Origin: Waddliaceae bacterium
GTDB taxonomy: Bacteria; Chlamydiota; Chlamydiia; Chlamydiales; SLOH01
DNA: 64,000 nucleotides
NCBI GenBank assembly: GCA_040880105.1
Contig: JBBDJA010000020.1
Location: 1 to 64,000, forward strand
Direction of reading: 5' to 3'
The first letter of the stretch is position 1, and each line of letters starts with the position of its first letter. A program made the position numbers and the translations under genes. The notes below the pieces were generated by a model. It was given only the letters and a program-made list of their open reading frames with translations, searched no databases and was not told the DNA's origin. Shown piece after piece: positions 9,319-20,237 of the stretch.

Positions 9319-11865
9319 ATGTTCGATAAATTTACCAATAGAGCCAAACAGGTGATTAAGCTTGCGAAAAAGGAAGCTCAACGACTCAATCACAACTATT
9401 TAGGTACTGAGCATGTGCTGCTTGGACTTCTTAAACTCGGACAAGGTGTCGCTGTCAACGTGCTGCGCAACCTGAACATTGATTTTGAAACAGTCCGATC
9501 TGAAGTAGAAAAATTGGTAGGATTCGGTCCTGAAATTCAAGTGTATGGAGATCCTGCGTTAACCGGAAAAGTGAAAAAAGTTTTTGAGTACGCAAATGAA
9601 GAGGCAGCTAACCTCAATCACAATTATGTTGGAACAGAACACCTTTTACTTGGCCTTTTGCGACAGGCTGATGGTGTTGCCGCTCAGATTCTTGAAAACT
9701 TAAATGTGAATCTCAAAGAAGTTCGTAAAGATGTCTTAAAAGAATTGGAGACATTCAACCTTCAACTCCCTCCCCTCGGATCAGGGGGCCCGCTTCAAGG
9801 ACCAGGAAAAAATCCTTCAGGTCGCCCTTTTGAGAAAGTAGCGGGAATGGGGCCGACAGATAAGATGCCGGCTCTCAAGGCGTATGGCCAAGATCTGACA
9901 GAGATGTGCCGTGAAGGAAAACTGGATCCTGTGATCGGGCGCCAAGAGGAAGTCGAGCAGTTAATTTTAATTCTATCCCGACGCAGAAAAAACAACCCTG
10001 TTTTGGTCGGCGAAGCCGGCGTTGGAAAGACCGCAATTGTCGAAGGACTTGCCCATGCCATTGTCAATGCAACTGTTCCTGAGAATCTTGCAAACAAACG
10101 CTTGATCACCCTCGACCTCCCCTTGATGATCGCGGGTACAAAATATAGAGGGCAGTTCGAAGAGCGGATTAAAGCCGTGATGGATGAGATTAAGAAAAAT
10201 GGAAATGTCCTTCTGTTTATTGACGAGCTGCATACAATTGTCGGTGCCGGCGCAGCTGAGGGAGCAATTGATGCGTCAAATATTTTAAAACCGGCGCTTT
10301 CACGAGGTGAAATTCAGTGTATCGGTGCTACAACCCTTGATGAATACCGTAAACACATTGAAAAAGACGCAGCTCTTGAGCGTCGATTCCAGTTGATCAC
10401 CGTCCGTCCCTCATCTGTCAGCGAAACCATTGAGATCCTCAATGGATTAAAGAGTCAGTATGAGAAGCACCACAACTGCGTGTATACACCTGAGGCGCTA
10501 GCTGCTGCTGCCGAACTTTCCGATCGATATATTCACGGCCGTTTCCTTCCGGATAAGGCAATTGACCTTGTAGACGTCGCAGGTGCCAAGGCGAGGATTG
10601 GGTCCATGAGTCAGCCAAAAGAGATCAGTCGACTGGAATCTGAGATTGAAGAGGCGCGGCTTGCGAAAGAAGATGCGATTGGACACCAAGAGTACGAAAA
10701 AGCAGCTAAGCTGCGAGATACGGAAAAATCTTTGCGCCAAGAGCTTGAAAAAGCGAAATCGGAATGGGAGTTTCATAAAGAAGAGCAGAAAATTGTTGTG
10801 CAAGATGAAGATGTCGCCGCTATTGTCGCGACACAAACAGGCGTTCCTCTAAACCGCTTGACAGAAGGGGAGACCGAAAAAGTTCTTCACATGCAAGATG
10901 AGTTAAAAAAGTACATTATTGGCCAAGATGAGACAGTCGATACCGTATGCCGTGCGATTAGACGAAGCCGCGCCGGTATTCAAGATCCGAATCGCCCGAT
11001 AGGCGCTTTTATGTTCCTAGGTCCGACTGGAGTTGGTAAAACGCTTCTTGCAAGACTATTGGCCACCCACCTTTTTGGCGGCGAAGATGCACTTATTCAA
11101 GTGGATATGTCTGAATACATGGAAAAGTTCGCTGTCAGCCGGATGACCGGTTCCCCTCCAGGATATGTGGGCCATGAAGAGGGAGGTCAATTAACCGAAC
11201 AAGTGAAGCAGCGTCCATATTCTGTTGTACTTTTTGATGAAATTGAAAAAGCGCACCCCGATGTGTGGGATATTTTATTGCAAATTCTCGAAGAAGGGCG
11301 TTTAACGGACTCGCTGGGTCGAAAAATTGACTTTCGAAATACTGTGATTATTATCACAACAAATATCGGCTCTGAATCCATTAGAAAGGGCACAGAAGTG
11401 GGATTTGGGGCAAGAAGTGCCTCGCTTAACTATGAGCTGATTAAAGAAAAGACGGAAGATGCGATTAAAAAGCATTTCAAACCCGAATTTATCAACCGTT
11501 TGAATGACCTTGTCGTTTTCCGACCTCTTGATCGAGACCATTTACTCAAAGTCATTGAAATTGAAGTTGAGAAACTACAAAAACGGCTCGAAAAACATCA
11601 AATCTTTATCACTCTTGATGAAAAGGCGAAAAACTTCCTTGTTGACAAAGGATTTCAACCCGAGCTTGGCGCAAGGCCCTTGCGTCGTACGATTGAAGAG
11701 TGCTTAGAAGATCCTCTAGCTGAAAAGCTCCTCTCGAATCCTCGAGAAGGCCGAAAGTCTCTTGTCACCGTAAAGGATGGCAAAATACATTTTGAAGATC
11801 AAGAAGTGTATGAAATGGATTTACCCAAAAAGAAATCTGTAGAGACAGCAGATAAAACGGCTTGA
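9319..11865 (+). CDS. clpC: Clp protease ATP-binding subunit ClpC
   Basis: Two Clp-N repeats, GEAGVGKT and GPTGVGKT Walker A motifs, UVR segment, GARPLRR. Confidence 0.97.
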   Translation: MFDKFTNRAKQVIKLAKKEAQRLNHNYLGTEHVLLGLLKLGQGVAVNVLRNLNIDFETVRSEVEKLVGFGPEIQVYGDPALTGKVKKVFEYANEEAANLNHNYVGTEHLLLGLLRQADGVAAQILENLNVNLKEVRKDVLKELETFNLQLPPLGSGGPLQGPGKNPSGRPFEKVAGMGPTDKMPALKAYGQDLTEMCREGKLDPVIGRQEEVEQLILILSRRRKNNPVLVGEAGVGKTAIVEGLAHAIVNATVPENLANKRLITLDLPLMIAGTKYRGQFEERIKAVMDEIKKNGNVLLFIDELHTIVGAGAAEGAIDASNILKPALSRGEIQCIGATTLDEYRKHIEKDAALERRFQLITVRPSSVSETIEILNGLKSQYEKHHNCVYTPEALAAAAELSDRYIHGRFLPDKAIDLVDVAGAKARIGSMSQPKEISRLESEIEEARLAKEDAIGHQEYEKAAKLRDTEKSLRQELEKAKSEWEFHKEEQKIVVQDEDVAAIVATQTGVPLNRLTEGETEKVLHMQDELKKYIIGQDETVDTVCRAIRRSRAGIQDPNRPIGAFMFLGPTGVGKTLLARLLATHLFGGEDALIQVDMSEYMEKFAVSRMTGSPPGYVGHEEGGQLTEQVKQRPYSVVLFDEIEKAHPDVWDILLQILEEGRLTDSLGRKIDFRNTVIIITTNIGSESIRKGTEVGFGARSASLNYELIKEKTEDAIKKHFKPEFINRLNDLVVFRPLDRDHLLKVIEIEVEKLQKRLEKHQIFITLDEKAKNFLVDKGFQPELGARPLRRTIEECLEDPLAEKLLSNPREGRKSLVTVKDGKIHFEDQEVYEMDLPKKKSVETADKTA

Positions 11866-11924
11866 ATTCATTTATAGGCTCTTTTAATATTGCACATTGT
11901 TTCGTTTAATTTACGGTTAATACA

Positions 11925-13703
11925 ATGTGCAACTCTCTTTTTATTTTTATTTTTCTCCCTTTTCTGCTTTTCGGAAGTGACTTTAAAAGGCAGAAAATGG
12001 TCAATGACTTAGAGGTCGTTCGCGCCATTTTTTCAACAAAATACGCCCCTGCCAATTGGAAACATGCCTACTGCAGTTGGGACTTGGATGAGCAAATTGA
12101 AAATGCCCAGATAGAGATTGCTAATAAGCCCGAATTGACCACTAAAGAGTATCAGAGAATTGTCAAAGGATTTTTCAATTCCACGCAAGATTATCATGTA
12201 AAATGCATATTTTACTCCACAGAGTTCTCTTGTCTGCCTCTTCGCATCCAAGGGGGATCCGGTAAATATTATGTGGTTTGGGTGGATCCCACCTGTAAGA
12301 AAAAACTCTCCTCCTCTGGGTTGAGAAAGGGTGTTGAAGTCCTTTCATTTGGAGGCAAGCCGATTCAGGAAGTGATTGACCAACTGAGGGAAGAGGAGTT
12401 TGGACAACCAAACTCTTTGACCGATCAAGCACTGGCAGAGGCTTTCTTAACCTTTCGATCCGGTGCTTTAGGGCATCAGATACCCAAAGGAAAGGTCGCA
12501 ATTGGAACTCGTGACCCTGTTAAAGGAAAGGAATTGAATGTTAAGATGGAGTGGGAATACTTCCCCGAGCAATTTCCCTCAGCCTTTAAAGAATCAGAAA
12601 ATTTCCTCTCTCTCTCTAAAGCGCCGTTGTTGAATTTTCAGAAACGAGCGGTCCGAACAAAAAATCACTTGATGTTTGAGCGGAAGATGTCAACTCCTCT
12701 CAATCAATTTGCACGTGGCAAAGTAAAAAAAATGGTCACACCTCCTTTAATTGAAAAGGAAATCGATGACGACGGCCCAGGCATCCCGATTGGAAGTCGC
12801 AAAGGGTGTTTACCCTCTCTTGGAACTAAAATATGGGAGAGCTCCTCAGAATCGACTTTTCACGCCTATATTTTTAAAGGTGAGAACGATCAGACATTTG
12901 GCTACATTCGTATCCCCACATATGAGGTGGATGAAGAATTGGGGCATTATAAGGTCGCTGAATTTGCGCAGCTCATCGCCTTATTAGAAGAAGAGACTTC
13001 CGCTCTTGTAATTGATCAGATGAGCAATGGAGGTGGAGATTATTTCTATTTGATGGCGCTTGTATCTATGCTCTCGGAGACAACAATTAAACTTCCTCAA
13101 GAACGACTGACATTGACTCAAGAAGACGTTGCATTTGCCCTTGAATATTCGCAATTCCTAAGATTATTAAAGAGCGATGCTCAAGTCCAAGCGCTATTTG
13201 GCGATAGCTTAAGTGGATATCCTGTGAATTTAAATTTTACTAATGGTCTTCTGAACTACTGCGATTTTATCCTTTCGGAGTGGGTGGCAGGCAGGACACT
13301 GACAAATCTGACCTATACTTTCGGAATCAGTGAAGTTGAACCTAGTAAGCTTGCGTGTTATACAAAGCCAATCATGATTCTTGTCGACCCCCTTGACTTT
13401 TCATGCGCTGATTTTTTTCCGGCCATTATGCAAGACAATCAAAGAGCATTGATTGTCGGGACCCAAACGGCCGGTGCCGGGGGGTCTGTTGAAGAACATC
13501 TATTTCCGAATGTATTTGGAATTGAGCTTTTCACCTATACATCATCGATTGCCGAGCGCGACAACAAGGACCCGATTGAAAATGTCGGGATTACACCTGA
13601 TGTTGTGTTAAATGTTACAGGTCGCGATCTTTCTGAAAATTACATCGAATACATCGATGCGTTGCATAGAGAGCTTAATGGGCTTGTGACTCACACTAAA
13701 TAA
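11925..13703 (+). CDS. CPAF-like S41 serine protease, paralogue 1
   Basis: Signal peptide; KYAPxxWK, QDYH, GYIRIPTY, DQMSNGGG, DFSCADFFP, TAGAGG, PIENVG. Confidence 0.9.
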   Translation: MCNSLFIFIFLPFLLFGSDFKRQKMVNDLEVVRAIFSTKYAPANWKHAYCSWDLDEQIENAQIEIANKPELTTKEYQRIVKGFFNSTQDYHVKCIFYSTEFSCLPLRIQGGSGKYYVVWVDPTCKKKLSSSGLRKGVEVLSFGGKPIQEVIDQLREEEFGQPNSLTDQALAEAFLTFRSGALGHQIPKGKVAIGTRDPVKGKELNVKMEWEYFPEQFPSAFKESENFLSLSKAPLLNFQKRAVRTKNHLMFERKMSTPLNQFARGKVKKMVTPPLIEKEIDDDGPGIPIGSRKGCLPSLGTKIWESSSESTFHAYIFKGENDQTFGYIRIPTYEVDEELGHYKVAEFAQLIALLEEETSALVIDQMSNGGGDYFYLMALVSMLSETTIKLPQERLTLTQEDVAFALEYSQFLRLLKSDAQVQALFGDSLSGYPVNLNFTNGLLNYCDFILSEWVAGRTLTNLTYTFGISEVEPSKLACYTKPIMILVDPLDFSCADFFPAIMQDNQRALIVGTQTAGAGGSVEEHLFPNVFGIELFTYTSSIAERDNKDPIENVGITPDVVLNVTGRDLSENYIEYIDALHRELNGLVTHTK

Positions 13704-13727
13704 AACTTTTTAACTAGGTTACCTAAA

Positions 13728-15479
13728 ATGAACAGATTTCTTCTTGCTTTACTCCTTTTTCCGATTATTCTTATCGGAAATCCCTCGCACGTGCAAAAAA
13801 TGGTATCCGATTTAGACGTGATTCGCGCCATATTTTCCACGAAATACGCGCCGATTGAATGGAAAAAAGAGTTTTGTCAATGGGATTTGAATGAGCAAAT
13901 TGACCTTGCGCAAGGCGAGATCGCAAGCGAAAAAGATCTAACAAACAAACAGTATCAGAGAGTCGTTAAGCGGTTTTTTAATTCTACTCAAGATTACCAT
14001 GTCAAATGCCTCTTTCATTCAACTGAACTTGCATTCCTTCCCTTTCGTGTAAAAAGCGCCGAAGGTAAATATTTTATTGTTGAGATCGACCCTTTTTTTA
14101 AAAGCTATTATACCGAGCTTGGACTAGAAAAAGGAGCTGAAATCCTCACTTTTTCAGGCAAACCGATTGAAGCGGTCATTCAAGAACTTAGAGAAGAAGA
14201 GTTTGGGCAGCCGAATTCTAAGACGGATCAAGCGCTTGCAGAACAGTTTTTAACTTTGCGCCTCGGGGCTCTTGGACACGTGGTTCCGAGTGGAACTGTC
14301 ACGATTTCTATTTTAAATCGTGAGGAATCGGATCTGACTAAAATTCATCTTAACTGGTTTTACCTCCCGGAAACCTTTCAAGGGCCCTTTAAACAAGATT
14401 TTCAAAGTAAGTATTCTGCCATCGCGCCCCCATCTACCAAAAAATCTTCTGGGATACGGCGATCTTTCCTAGAGCGAGAGATGGTAACCCCATTATCGCG
14501 CTTTGGGCACACAAAACTTAAAAACTCTTTTAATCCCCCAATGACTGAGAAAGCAGCTGATCAGGTGGGAGCGTGCTTAAGTATCGGTAGTGTTCAGGGA
14601 GTTCTTCCCGATCTTGGAAAGGTTGTATGGAAAGCTTCTTCAAAAAATTCTTTTCGCGCCTATATTTTTGAAGCAAAAAATGGCAAGCGGGTTGGATACG
14701 TACGCATTCCGACCTATATGGCCGGTGAGAGGGAGGCAGCTCATTTTAAGCAGTTAATTCACAAATTTGAAAAAAGCACATCGGCCCTTGTGATTGATCA
14801 AATGGATAATGGAGGCGGAAGCGTTTTTTACTTGATGGGTTTAACAACCATGCTATCAGACGTACCGATCGAAATGCCGCCTCACCGTATCACGATAACC
14901 CAAGAGGAGCTAGCCGACGCATTTGAGTTGGCAGAGCTAAGAGATATAGTCAAAACAGATCAAGAAGCAAAAGAGCTGTTTGGTTGCAGTACAATACATG
15001 GCTACCCGGTCGATTTAAATCTTGTGAATGGATTTGTCAGTTATGCCGATTCGATCATTTCTGAATGGATTGCAGGAAGAACGTTAACAAATCCCCTCCC
15101 TCTTTATGGTCTTAAGGAGGTGCAACCCAACTCAAAAACGCGTTACACAAAGCCGATTATGATCCTTGTCAATGCGCTCGATTTCTCGGGAGCTGACTTC
15201 TTTCCGGCAATCATGCAGGATAATCAAAGGGCGTTGATTGTGGGAACAAAAACCGCTGGCGCCGGTGGATATGTCATTCCGTTTTTCTTTCCCAATCTCT
15301 TTGGTATTAACTACTTTTGCTATACCGGATCCATTGCTGTGCGTAAAGATCAAAATCCAATTGAGAATATCGCTGTGACACCCGATGTCATTCTAGAGGT
15401 GACAGAGCGTGATTTACGTTCGGACTACGTGGATTTTGTCGAAAAGATTCATCGGGAACTGGATACGCTCATCTTATAG
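13728..15479 (+). CDS. CPAF-like S41 serine protease, paralogue 2
   Basis: Signal peptide; same motifs (QDYH, DFSGADFFP, TAGAGG, PIEN); colinear with paralogue 1. Confidence 0.9.
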   Translation: MNRFLLALLLFPIILIGNPSHVQKMVSDLDVIRAIFSTKYAPIEWKKEFCQWDLNEQIDLAQGEIASEKDLTNKQYQRVVKRFFNSTQDYHVKCLFHSTELAFLPFRVKSAEGKYFIVEIDPFFKSYYTELGLEKGAEILTFSGKPIEAVIQELREEEFGQPNSKTDQALAEQFLTLRLGALGHVVPSGTVTISILNREESDLTKIHLNWFYLPETFQGPFKQDFQSKYSAIAPPSTKKSSGIRRSFLEREMVTPLSRFGHTKLKNSFNPPMTEKAADQVGACLSIGSVQGVLPDLGKVVWKASSKNSFRAYIFEAKNGKRVGYVRIPTYMAGEREAAHFKQLIHKFEKSTSALVIDQMDNGGGSVFYLMGLTTMLSDVPIEMPPHRITITQEELADAFELAELRDIVKTDQEAKELFGCSTIHGYPVDLNLVNGFVSYADSIISEWIAGRTLTNPLPLYGLKEVQPNSKTRYTKPIMILVNALDFSGADFFPAIMQDNQRALIVGTKTAGAGGYVIPFFFPNLFGINYFCYTGSIAVRKDQNPIENIAVTPDVILEVTERDLRSDYVDFVEKIHRELDTLIL

Positions 15480-15488
15480 TGATGAGAG

Positions 15489-15514
15489 GGCTCCTTTGAA
15501 TTGAAAAAGGAGCC
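15489..15514. terminator. Hairpin after CPAF-2, probable terminator
   Basis: GGCTCCTTT-gaattgaa-AAAGGAGCC, perfect 9-bp stem just after the stop; weak U tract. Confidence 0.55.
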
Positions 15515-15518
15515 TTAA

Positions 15519-15676
15519 GGAACCCCTGATTAACGCAGCTTATTAAATTTAGTGCCTTTTTCCCAAATTCGATAAAAACAGACTCACCTAACTACCAATA
15601 GTTAAGCTCGATTGTTTTTTCGAATTTTGAAAAAAATCATGCAAAATTTAATTAACCTGAGTTAATCAGACCTTCC
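15519..15676. repeat. Palindromic MITE-like element, copy 1
   Basis: Ends GGAACCCCTGATTAAC / GTTAATCAGACCTTCC; nested inverted repeats; centre TAACTA-ccaa-TAGTTA; similar to 18855 and 38426. Confidence 0.88.
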
Positions 15677-16381
15677 TTAAGATTCAGCCTTCTTGATTTT
15701 AGATTCCCATTCTCGCACAAAGTCTAGAATCCTCTCTTTGTCAGCTCTCTCTTTTAAAAGACGAACCGCTTCGGGATTTGAGGCGAGGTGGGCTACTTTA
15801 GACAAAAGGTGGAGATGTCGCTTGTCACTGCTTGCAAAGAGGAAAATAAGGGTGTGCACCGGCTGGCCATCTAACGCATGATATTCAATCGGCTCTTTTG
15901 GAAACGCAATAGTGACGATATCTTGATGATACGGCGTCAGCAAAAAGTCTCTTGCATGCGGGATTGCAAGACCGTTTCCAAGCGCTGTAGACTGCATTGC
16001 CTCTCGTTCAAGTAAGAGACTGCTCATTACCTCTCCATCGAGGTGAAGGGAGGATGCGATCTTGTTTGTAACGGTTTTTATGATCTCATCTTTTGATGAA
16101 CCAGGGATGTCATAGTAGACGTTGCCTTTGTGAATCGCGCGGAAAAGGCAAAATTGTTGAGTCCCTCCCAAAGAACTCGTCCCACGGGTTGCCTCTTCTG
16201 AAAACGGCGCCTCACTTGCGCTTCCTTTTTGGTCCATTACCCACATTTCAATATCCGATCGATTGAAGAGGGGCTGTCCTTTGATGCGAAATGCAGGGAT
16301 TTTTCCATCGACAAGCCAAGTATCGACAGTCTCTTCATTTACATTGAGAAGGTTAGCTACATCTTTTAATGTTAAAGTCAT
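15677..16381 (-). CDS. ptsN: PTS IIA (Ntr-type) protein with N-terminal HTH
   Basis: LTLKDVANLLNV HTH; STALGNGLAIPHAR phospho-His motif. Confidence 0.9.
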   Translation of the reverse strand: MTLTLKDVANLLNVNEETVDTWLVDGKIPAFRIKGQPLFNRSDIEMWVMDQKGSASEAPFSEEATRGTSSLGGTQQFCLFRAIHKGNVYYDIPGSSKDEIIKTVTNKIASSLHLDGEVMSSLLLEREAMQSTALGNGLAIPHARDFLLTPYHQDIVTIAFPKEPIEYHALDGQPVHTLIFLFASSDKRHLHLLSKVAHLASNPEAVRLLKERADKERILDFVREWESKIKKAES

Positions 16382-16387
16382 CTTTTC

Positions 16388-16834
16388 TCACAAGTCTTTG
16401 AATATTGCGATAATATCCTCTGCGGATTTTGCTGTTAACAATTTTTTTCTTCTTTTCTCATCTTTAATCGCCCGAGTAAGAGAAGAGAGAATTTGAAGGT
16501 ATTCCATTTGTTTGTCATCAGGTCCGCCAATCATAAAGACAAGTCGCACAGGGGCAGTATCTAGCGACTGCCAATCGACCCCTTTATTGAGAATGGCAAT
16601 GGCAAGAAAGAAATCGTTGTAATCGGATAATTTCGCATGGGGAATAGCAACGCCCATTCCAATTCCTGTGGAAACAATCTGCTCACGGTCTGTAATGGCC
16701 TTAAGAAACTGCGCGGAATCTTTGATTTTCCCTTCGGTATCAAGAAGCTGCACCAGTTGAGATAACGCCTGGTCGCGAGAATCAGAGTCAAGAAGGGCAA
16801 TTAGGCGAGGGTTGATATAGTCTGAAATTTTCAT
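16388..16834 (-). CDS. ptsN: PTS IIA (Ntr-type) protein
   Basis: [19 protein letters not shown]. Confidence 0.92.
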   Translation of the reverse strand: MKISDYINPRLIALLDSDSRDQALSQLVQLLDTEGKIKDSAQFLKAITDREQIVSTGIGMGVAIPHAKLSDYNDFFLAIAILNKGVDWQSLDTAPVRLVFMIGGPDDKQMEYLQILSSLTRAIKDEKRRKKLLTAKSAEDIIAIFKDL

Positions 16835-17277
16835 TGTGTCCCGGTATGTCCAAAGCCGCCACTGCCGCGGGTTGTGATAGCAAGCTCATCTGTTTTGATA
16901 AATTCTGCTTTAGCGACTTTAGCCAAAACAAGTTGCGCCACTCGCATATTCGGTTCAACAACAAATGATGATTTTCCATGATTGATCAAAATCACTTTAA
17001 CTTCACCGCGATAGTCGGAGTCGATTGTTCCGGGGGTATTGAGGACTGTGACGCTATGTTTCAAAGCAAGTCCGCTACGTGGACGCACTTGAATCTCATA
17101 TCCATCGGGTATGGCCATAAAAATTCCGGTCGGAATTAAGGCAGACTCTCCTGGCTGAAGATGAACCTCTGACGAAAGATGAGCGCGCACATCGGCCCCG
17201 GCAGATCCGACAGTTCCGTAGGTTGGGCTTGAAGCTCCCGGATTTAATTGAATTTCAATTTGACATTCTTCATTCAT
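16831..17277 (-). CDS. dut: dUTPase
   Basis: [31 protein letters not shown]. Confidence 0.97.
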   Translation of the reverse strand: MNEECQIEIQLNPGASSPTYGTVGSAGADVRAHLSSEVHLQPGESALIPTGIFMAIPDGYEIQVRPRSGLALKHSVTVLNTPGTIDSDYRGEVKVILINHGKSSFVVEPNMRVAQLVLAKVAKAEFIKTDELAITTRGSGGFGHTGTQ

Positions 17278-18119
17278 TGTTTTTTCTCCTCAAAAAAGCT
17301 AAGAAGCTCAGCTATACGTTGTTTTAAATCATGTCGCTTCACAATACAGTCGATCATCCCATGTTTCAAGAGAAATTCTGATTTCTGTGCTCCATCCGGC
17401 AGTTTTTGTCCGATGGTCTGTTCGATCACTCGAGGCCCCGCAAAGCAGATCAATGCCCCTGGCTCTGCGATCAGGATATCGCCTAGAGAGGCAAATGAGG
17501 CTGTGACACCGCCTGTCGTTGGATTGGTCATAATGGAAAGGTAGGGAAGCTTAGCCAAGCTAAGCTTAGCAAGCGCTGCGGACGTTTTTGCCATTTGCAT
17601 AAGAGAGAAGATAGACTCTTGCATGCGGGCGCCACCAGATGTCGAGACAGTGACAAGCGGCAGTTTTTGTTCAATTGCGTGCTCAATCAGCCGCGTGAGC
17701 TTCTCTCCGACGACAGAACCCATTGACCCGCCCATAAAGCTAAAATCAAAGATAGCGAGGGCGGCAGGTGTTGTCTCTATTTCACAAGTACCGACAATAA
17801 TCGCCTCACCGTACTCCGATTTTTCTATTGCGTTGCTGAGCCTTTCAGGATAAGGCATAGAATCGACAAAATGGAGAGGATCTTTTGGTTTTATGTGGCT
17901 GAACATTTCATTAAAAGAGTCCGGATCTGAAAGAAGATCGATCCTTTTTTTTCCTGTCATGCGGTAGTGGTAGTCGCACTTTGGGCAGCAGTTCAGGTTC
18001 TTTTCAAGTTCATTTGTATGGATCAGCTCTTCACAGTGGGTGCATTTTAGCCACCCACTGTATCCGTCTTGTTTGGTCGTCTGAACCTTAATTTTCGGCT
18101 TACTTCTAAAAAGTCCCAT
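17274..18119 (-). CDS. accD: Acetyl-CoA carboxylase carboxyltransferase beta subunit
   Basis: CxxC...CxxC zinc finger, [24 protein letters not shown]. Confidence 0.97.
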   Translation of the reverse strand: MGLFRSKPKIKVQTTKQDGYSGWLKCTHCEELIHTNELEKNLNCCPKCDYHYRMTGKKRIDLLSDPDSFNEMFSHIKPKDPLHFVDSMPYPERLSNAIEKSEYGEAIIVGTCEIETTPAALAIFDFSFMGGSMGSVVGEKLTRLIEHAIEQKLPLVTVSTSGGARMQESIFSLMQMAKTSAALAKLSLAKLPYLSIMTNPTTGGVTASFASLGDILIAEPGALICFAGPRVIEQTIGQKLPDGAQKSEFLLKHGMIDCIVKRHDLKQRIAELLSFFEEKKQ

Positions 18120-18122
18120 AAA

Positions 18123-18746
18123 TTACTTAGAGATTGCCTGAGCATAGCGTAGCTCAACTGTTTTCCAATTAATCACTTTCCAGATTGCCTTTAGATATTC
18201 AGGACGTGCATTTTTATATTGAAGATAGTAAGCATGCTCCCAAACATCAATTCCTAAAAGTGGAACTAAACCGGTGACTGCAAGTGGATCTTGGTTCTGG
18301 CAGGTTGCGATTTCTATGCGTTTTTTTTCTTTGTTGTAGCCAAGCCAACCCCAACCGGATCCTTGAACAGGTGCTGTGACATCGTTAAACTTGCTTATGA
18401 ATTGATCAAGAGAGCCAAATGTCTCATCAATTGCTTTTGCAAGATCGCCAGTCGGTGCAACCCCACCATCTTCACTTTCCGGAGCCAAATTTTCCCAGAA
18501 AAGCGAATGGTTAATATGACCACCTCCGTTGAATTTAATCGCGGACTGCAATTGAATTTGCTTTGGAAGATTTTCAGATGCAATGGCCTCGTCGAGTTGT
18601 TCAAGAGCGGCGTTAAGTTTCTCTACATACGTCTTGTGGTGTTTGTTATAGTGAAGATCCATGATTTCACCACTGATGACAGGTTCAAGTGCGTTTAAGT
18701 CATATTTGAGTGTAGGTAGCTCGAATTTTTGCTTTGACTGTACCAT
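18123..18746 (-). CDS. sodA: Superoxide dismutase, Mn-type signature
   Basis: [27 protein letters not shown]. Confidence 0.93.
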   Translation of the reverse strand: MVQSKQKFELPTLKYDLNALEPVISGEIMDLHYNKHHKTYVEKLNAALEQLDEAIASENLPKQIQLQSAIKFNGGGHINHSLFWENLAPESEDGGVAPTGDLAKAIDETFGSLDQFISKFNDVTAPVQGSGWGWLGYNKEKKRIEIATCQNQDPLAVTGLVPLLGIDVWEHAYYLQYKNARPEYLKAIWKVINWKTVELRYAQAISK

Positions 18747-18854
18747 TTAAAATCTCCGATTTTGTTTTTGTTTCATCGTCTCTCCCGCACATATAAATCG
18801 TTCATTAATGAGAAAAATCTCTCAAATGAATGAGTTTCAGTGTCGACTATTTTC

Positions 18855-19016
18855 GGAACCTCTGAAAAACTCATGTTGTTAAATTCATCGCCATTTTCTT
18901 CAAATTCAAGAAAAACGCACTCAATTAACTATTAGATAGTTAAGATTGATTGTTTTTTCGAATTTTAGCAAAAATTCATAAAAAATTTAATAGAACCTGA
19001 GCTATTCAGAGGTTCC
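18855..19016. repeat. Palindromic MITE-like element, copy 2
   Basis: Ends GGAACCTCTGAA / TTCAGAGGTTCC; centre TTAACTA-ttaga-TAGTTAA; shares AAAAACGCACTC and GATTGTTTTTTCGAATTTT blocks. Confidence 0.88.
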
Positions 19017-19019
19017 TTA

Positions 19020-20237
19020 CTATCTTAGCACGGCAGTGCATTTTTTTTCAGTGACAGGACCCATTGCTCTCCATTTAACAGAAGAGGGAAGAGTTCCAAA
19101 AAAATGCGCAAAGCTTTCCACACATGAAGGACTTGTGAAAATGACCTCTTCAAATTCGGTTAAATTCAATTGTTTTGAGGGAGGAGAACTCCTAGTGTCA
19201 TAGAGAATGCACTCTCTTAACGTGCCACCCTCTGCATTAAAAAAGTCCCTTAGCACATCACGTGAAAGAGCGGAGTGCGGCCAGAAACAGTGGCGGTCTT
19301 CGGCTGGAATCTTTTTTAGTAGAGCAATGACCCCTTCTAATGTCGACTCTTCTGCAACTTGACTTACCCGGCTCCCTCTCTTTTCGACCCTTCTTGCCGT
19401 CGCTTTTCCAATCGCAAGGATTTGTGTCTCTGGACTTGGCGTTGCTTGGTCAAAAAATAGATCAACGGCGACTTTGCTTGTAAAAAGTAAAAATGGAGCC
19501 GATGAGTGAAGATCTACATTAGGGCGTTGGACAATATTGATCATCGGATGGTGTAAAATATTTTTCTCGAGTGTCTCATCCGGGGGGGTTAGGCCGATAT
19601 GGAGCGCTTTTTTTCGGATATCTAACTTAGAAAATAGTGACTTCAAGGAGCCTTCACCCTTTCTTCCAAGAATTGCCAGTTGCCCTTGGTAGGGAGTTGT
19701 CTCTCCCGGCAGTTTAATGCGTTTATAGTGCGTGAGATTGAGGCGAATCAGCGCAGCTTCGGCAACGACGACACCGTCGACTTCCTCGCTTTCGAGAAGT
19801 TTGAGTCTCTCATCAATGGTTCCTCGAAGATCGATAAAGCGTGCCGATGGATAGATCTCTCTTACACACTCTTCTCTTCTTATCGAGGAGGTGGCAATCA
19901 AGGGTCGCTCGGCAAGAGCCTTGTTGAATACTAGAGAGTCGCTTGAGTCCACACCTTTAGTCAAAGCAAAAATGGAGAGTCCTTCTGGAAGTGGGTCCGG
20001 AAGGTCTTTTGCGGAATGGACGCAAATGTCGCATTTTTTTTCTAAAAGCATTTGGTCCAGTTCACGCGTAAAGAAATCGGTTTTCTCCATTCCTCGAAGA
20101 GAGGTTTTTCGATCCAGGTCACCGGTTGTTTCAACAAAATGCTTTATAAACGTCACCTCGGGAATTAAAGACTCAATCTCTTTTACCTGAGCTTTTGATA
20201 GCGGAGAACTTCTTGCAGCTATTGTTATCTGAGGCAT
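19020..20237 (-). CDS. hemC: Fused hydroxymethylbilane synthase / uroporphyrinogen-III synthase (HemC-HemD)
   Basis: ARSSPLS, FFTRELD, VHSAKDLP, TSSIRR, LRGTIDERL in the N-half; LFTSKVAV, AIGKATA, IFTSPSCVESF, MGPVT in the C-half. Confidence 0.9.
   Translation of the reverse strand: MPQITIAARSSPLSKAQVKEIESLIPEVTFIKHFVETTGDLDRKTSLRGMEKTDFFTRELDQMLLEKKCDICVHSAKDLPDPLPEGLSIFALTKGVDSSDSLVFNKALAERPLIATSSIRREECVREIYPSARFIDLRGTIDERLKLLESEEVDGVVVAEAALIRLNLTHYKRIKLPGETTPYQGQLAILGRKGEGSLKSLFSKLDIRKKALHIGLTPPDETLEKNILHHPMINIVQRPNVDLHSSAPFLLFTSKVAVDLFFDQATPSPETQILAIGKATARRVEKRGSRVSQVAEESTLEGVIALLKKIPAEDRHCFWPHSALSRDVLRDFFNAEGGTLRECILYDTRSSPPSKQLNLTEFEEVIFTSPSCVESFAHFFGTLPSSVKWRAMGPVTEKKCTAVLR

Noticed and set aside
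15677..16834. HTH-PtsN fusion and tandem ptsN as a novelty
   Set aside because: Conserved, known chlamydial arrangement
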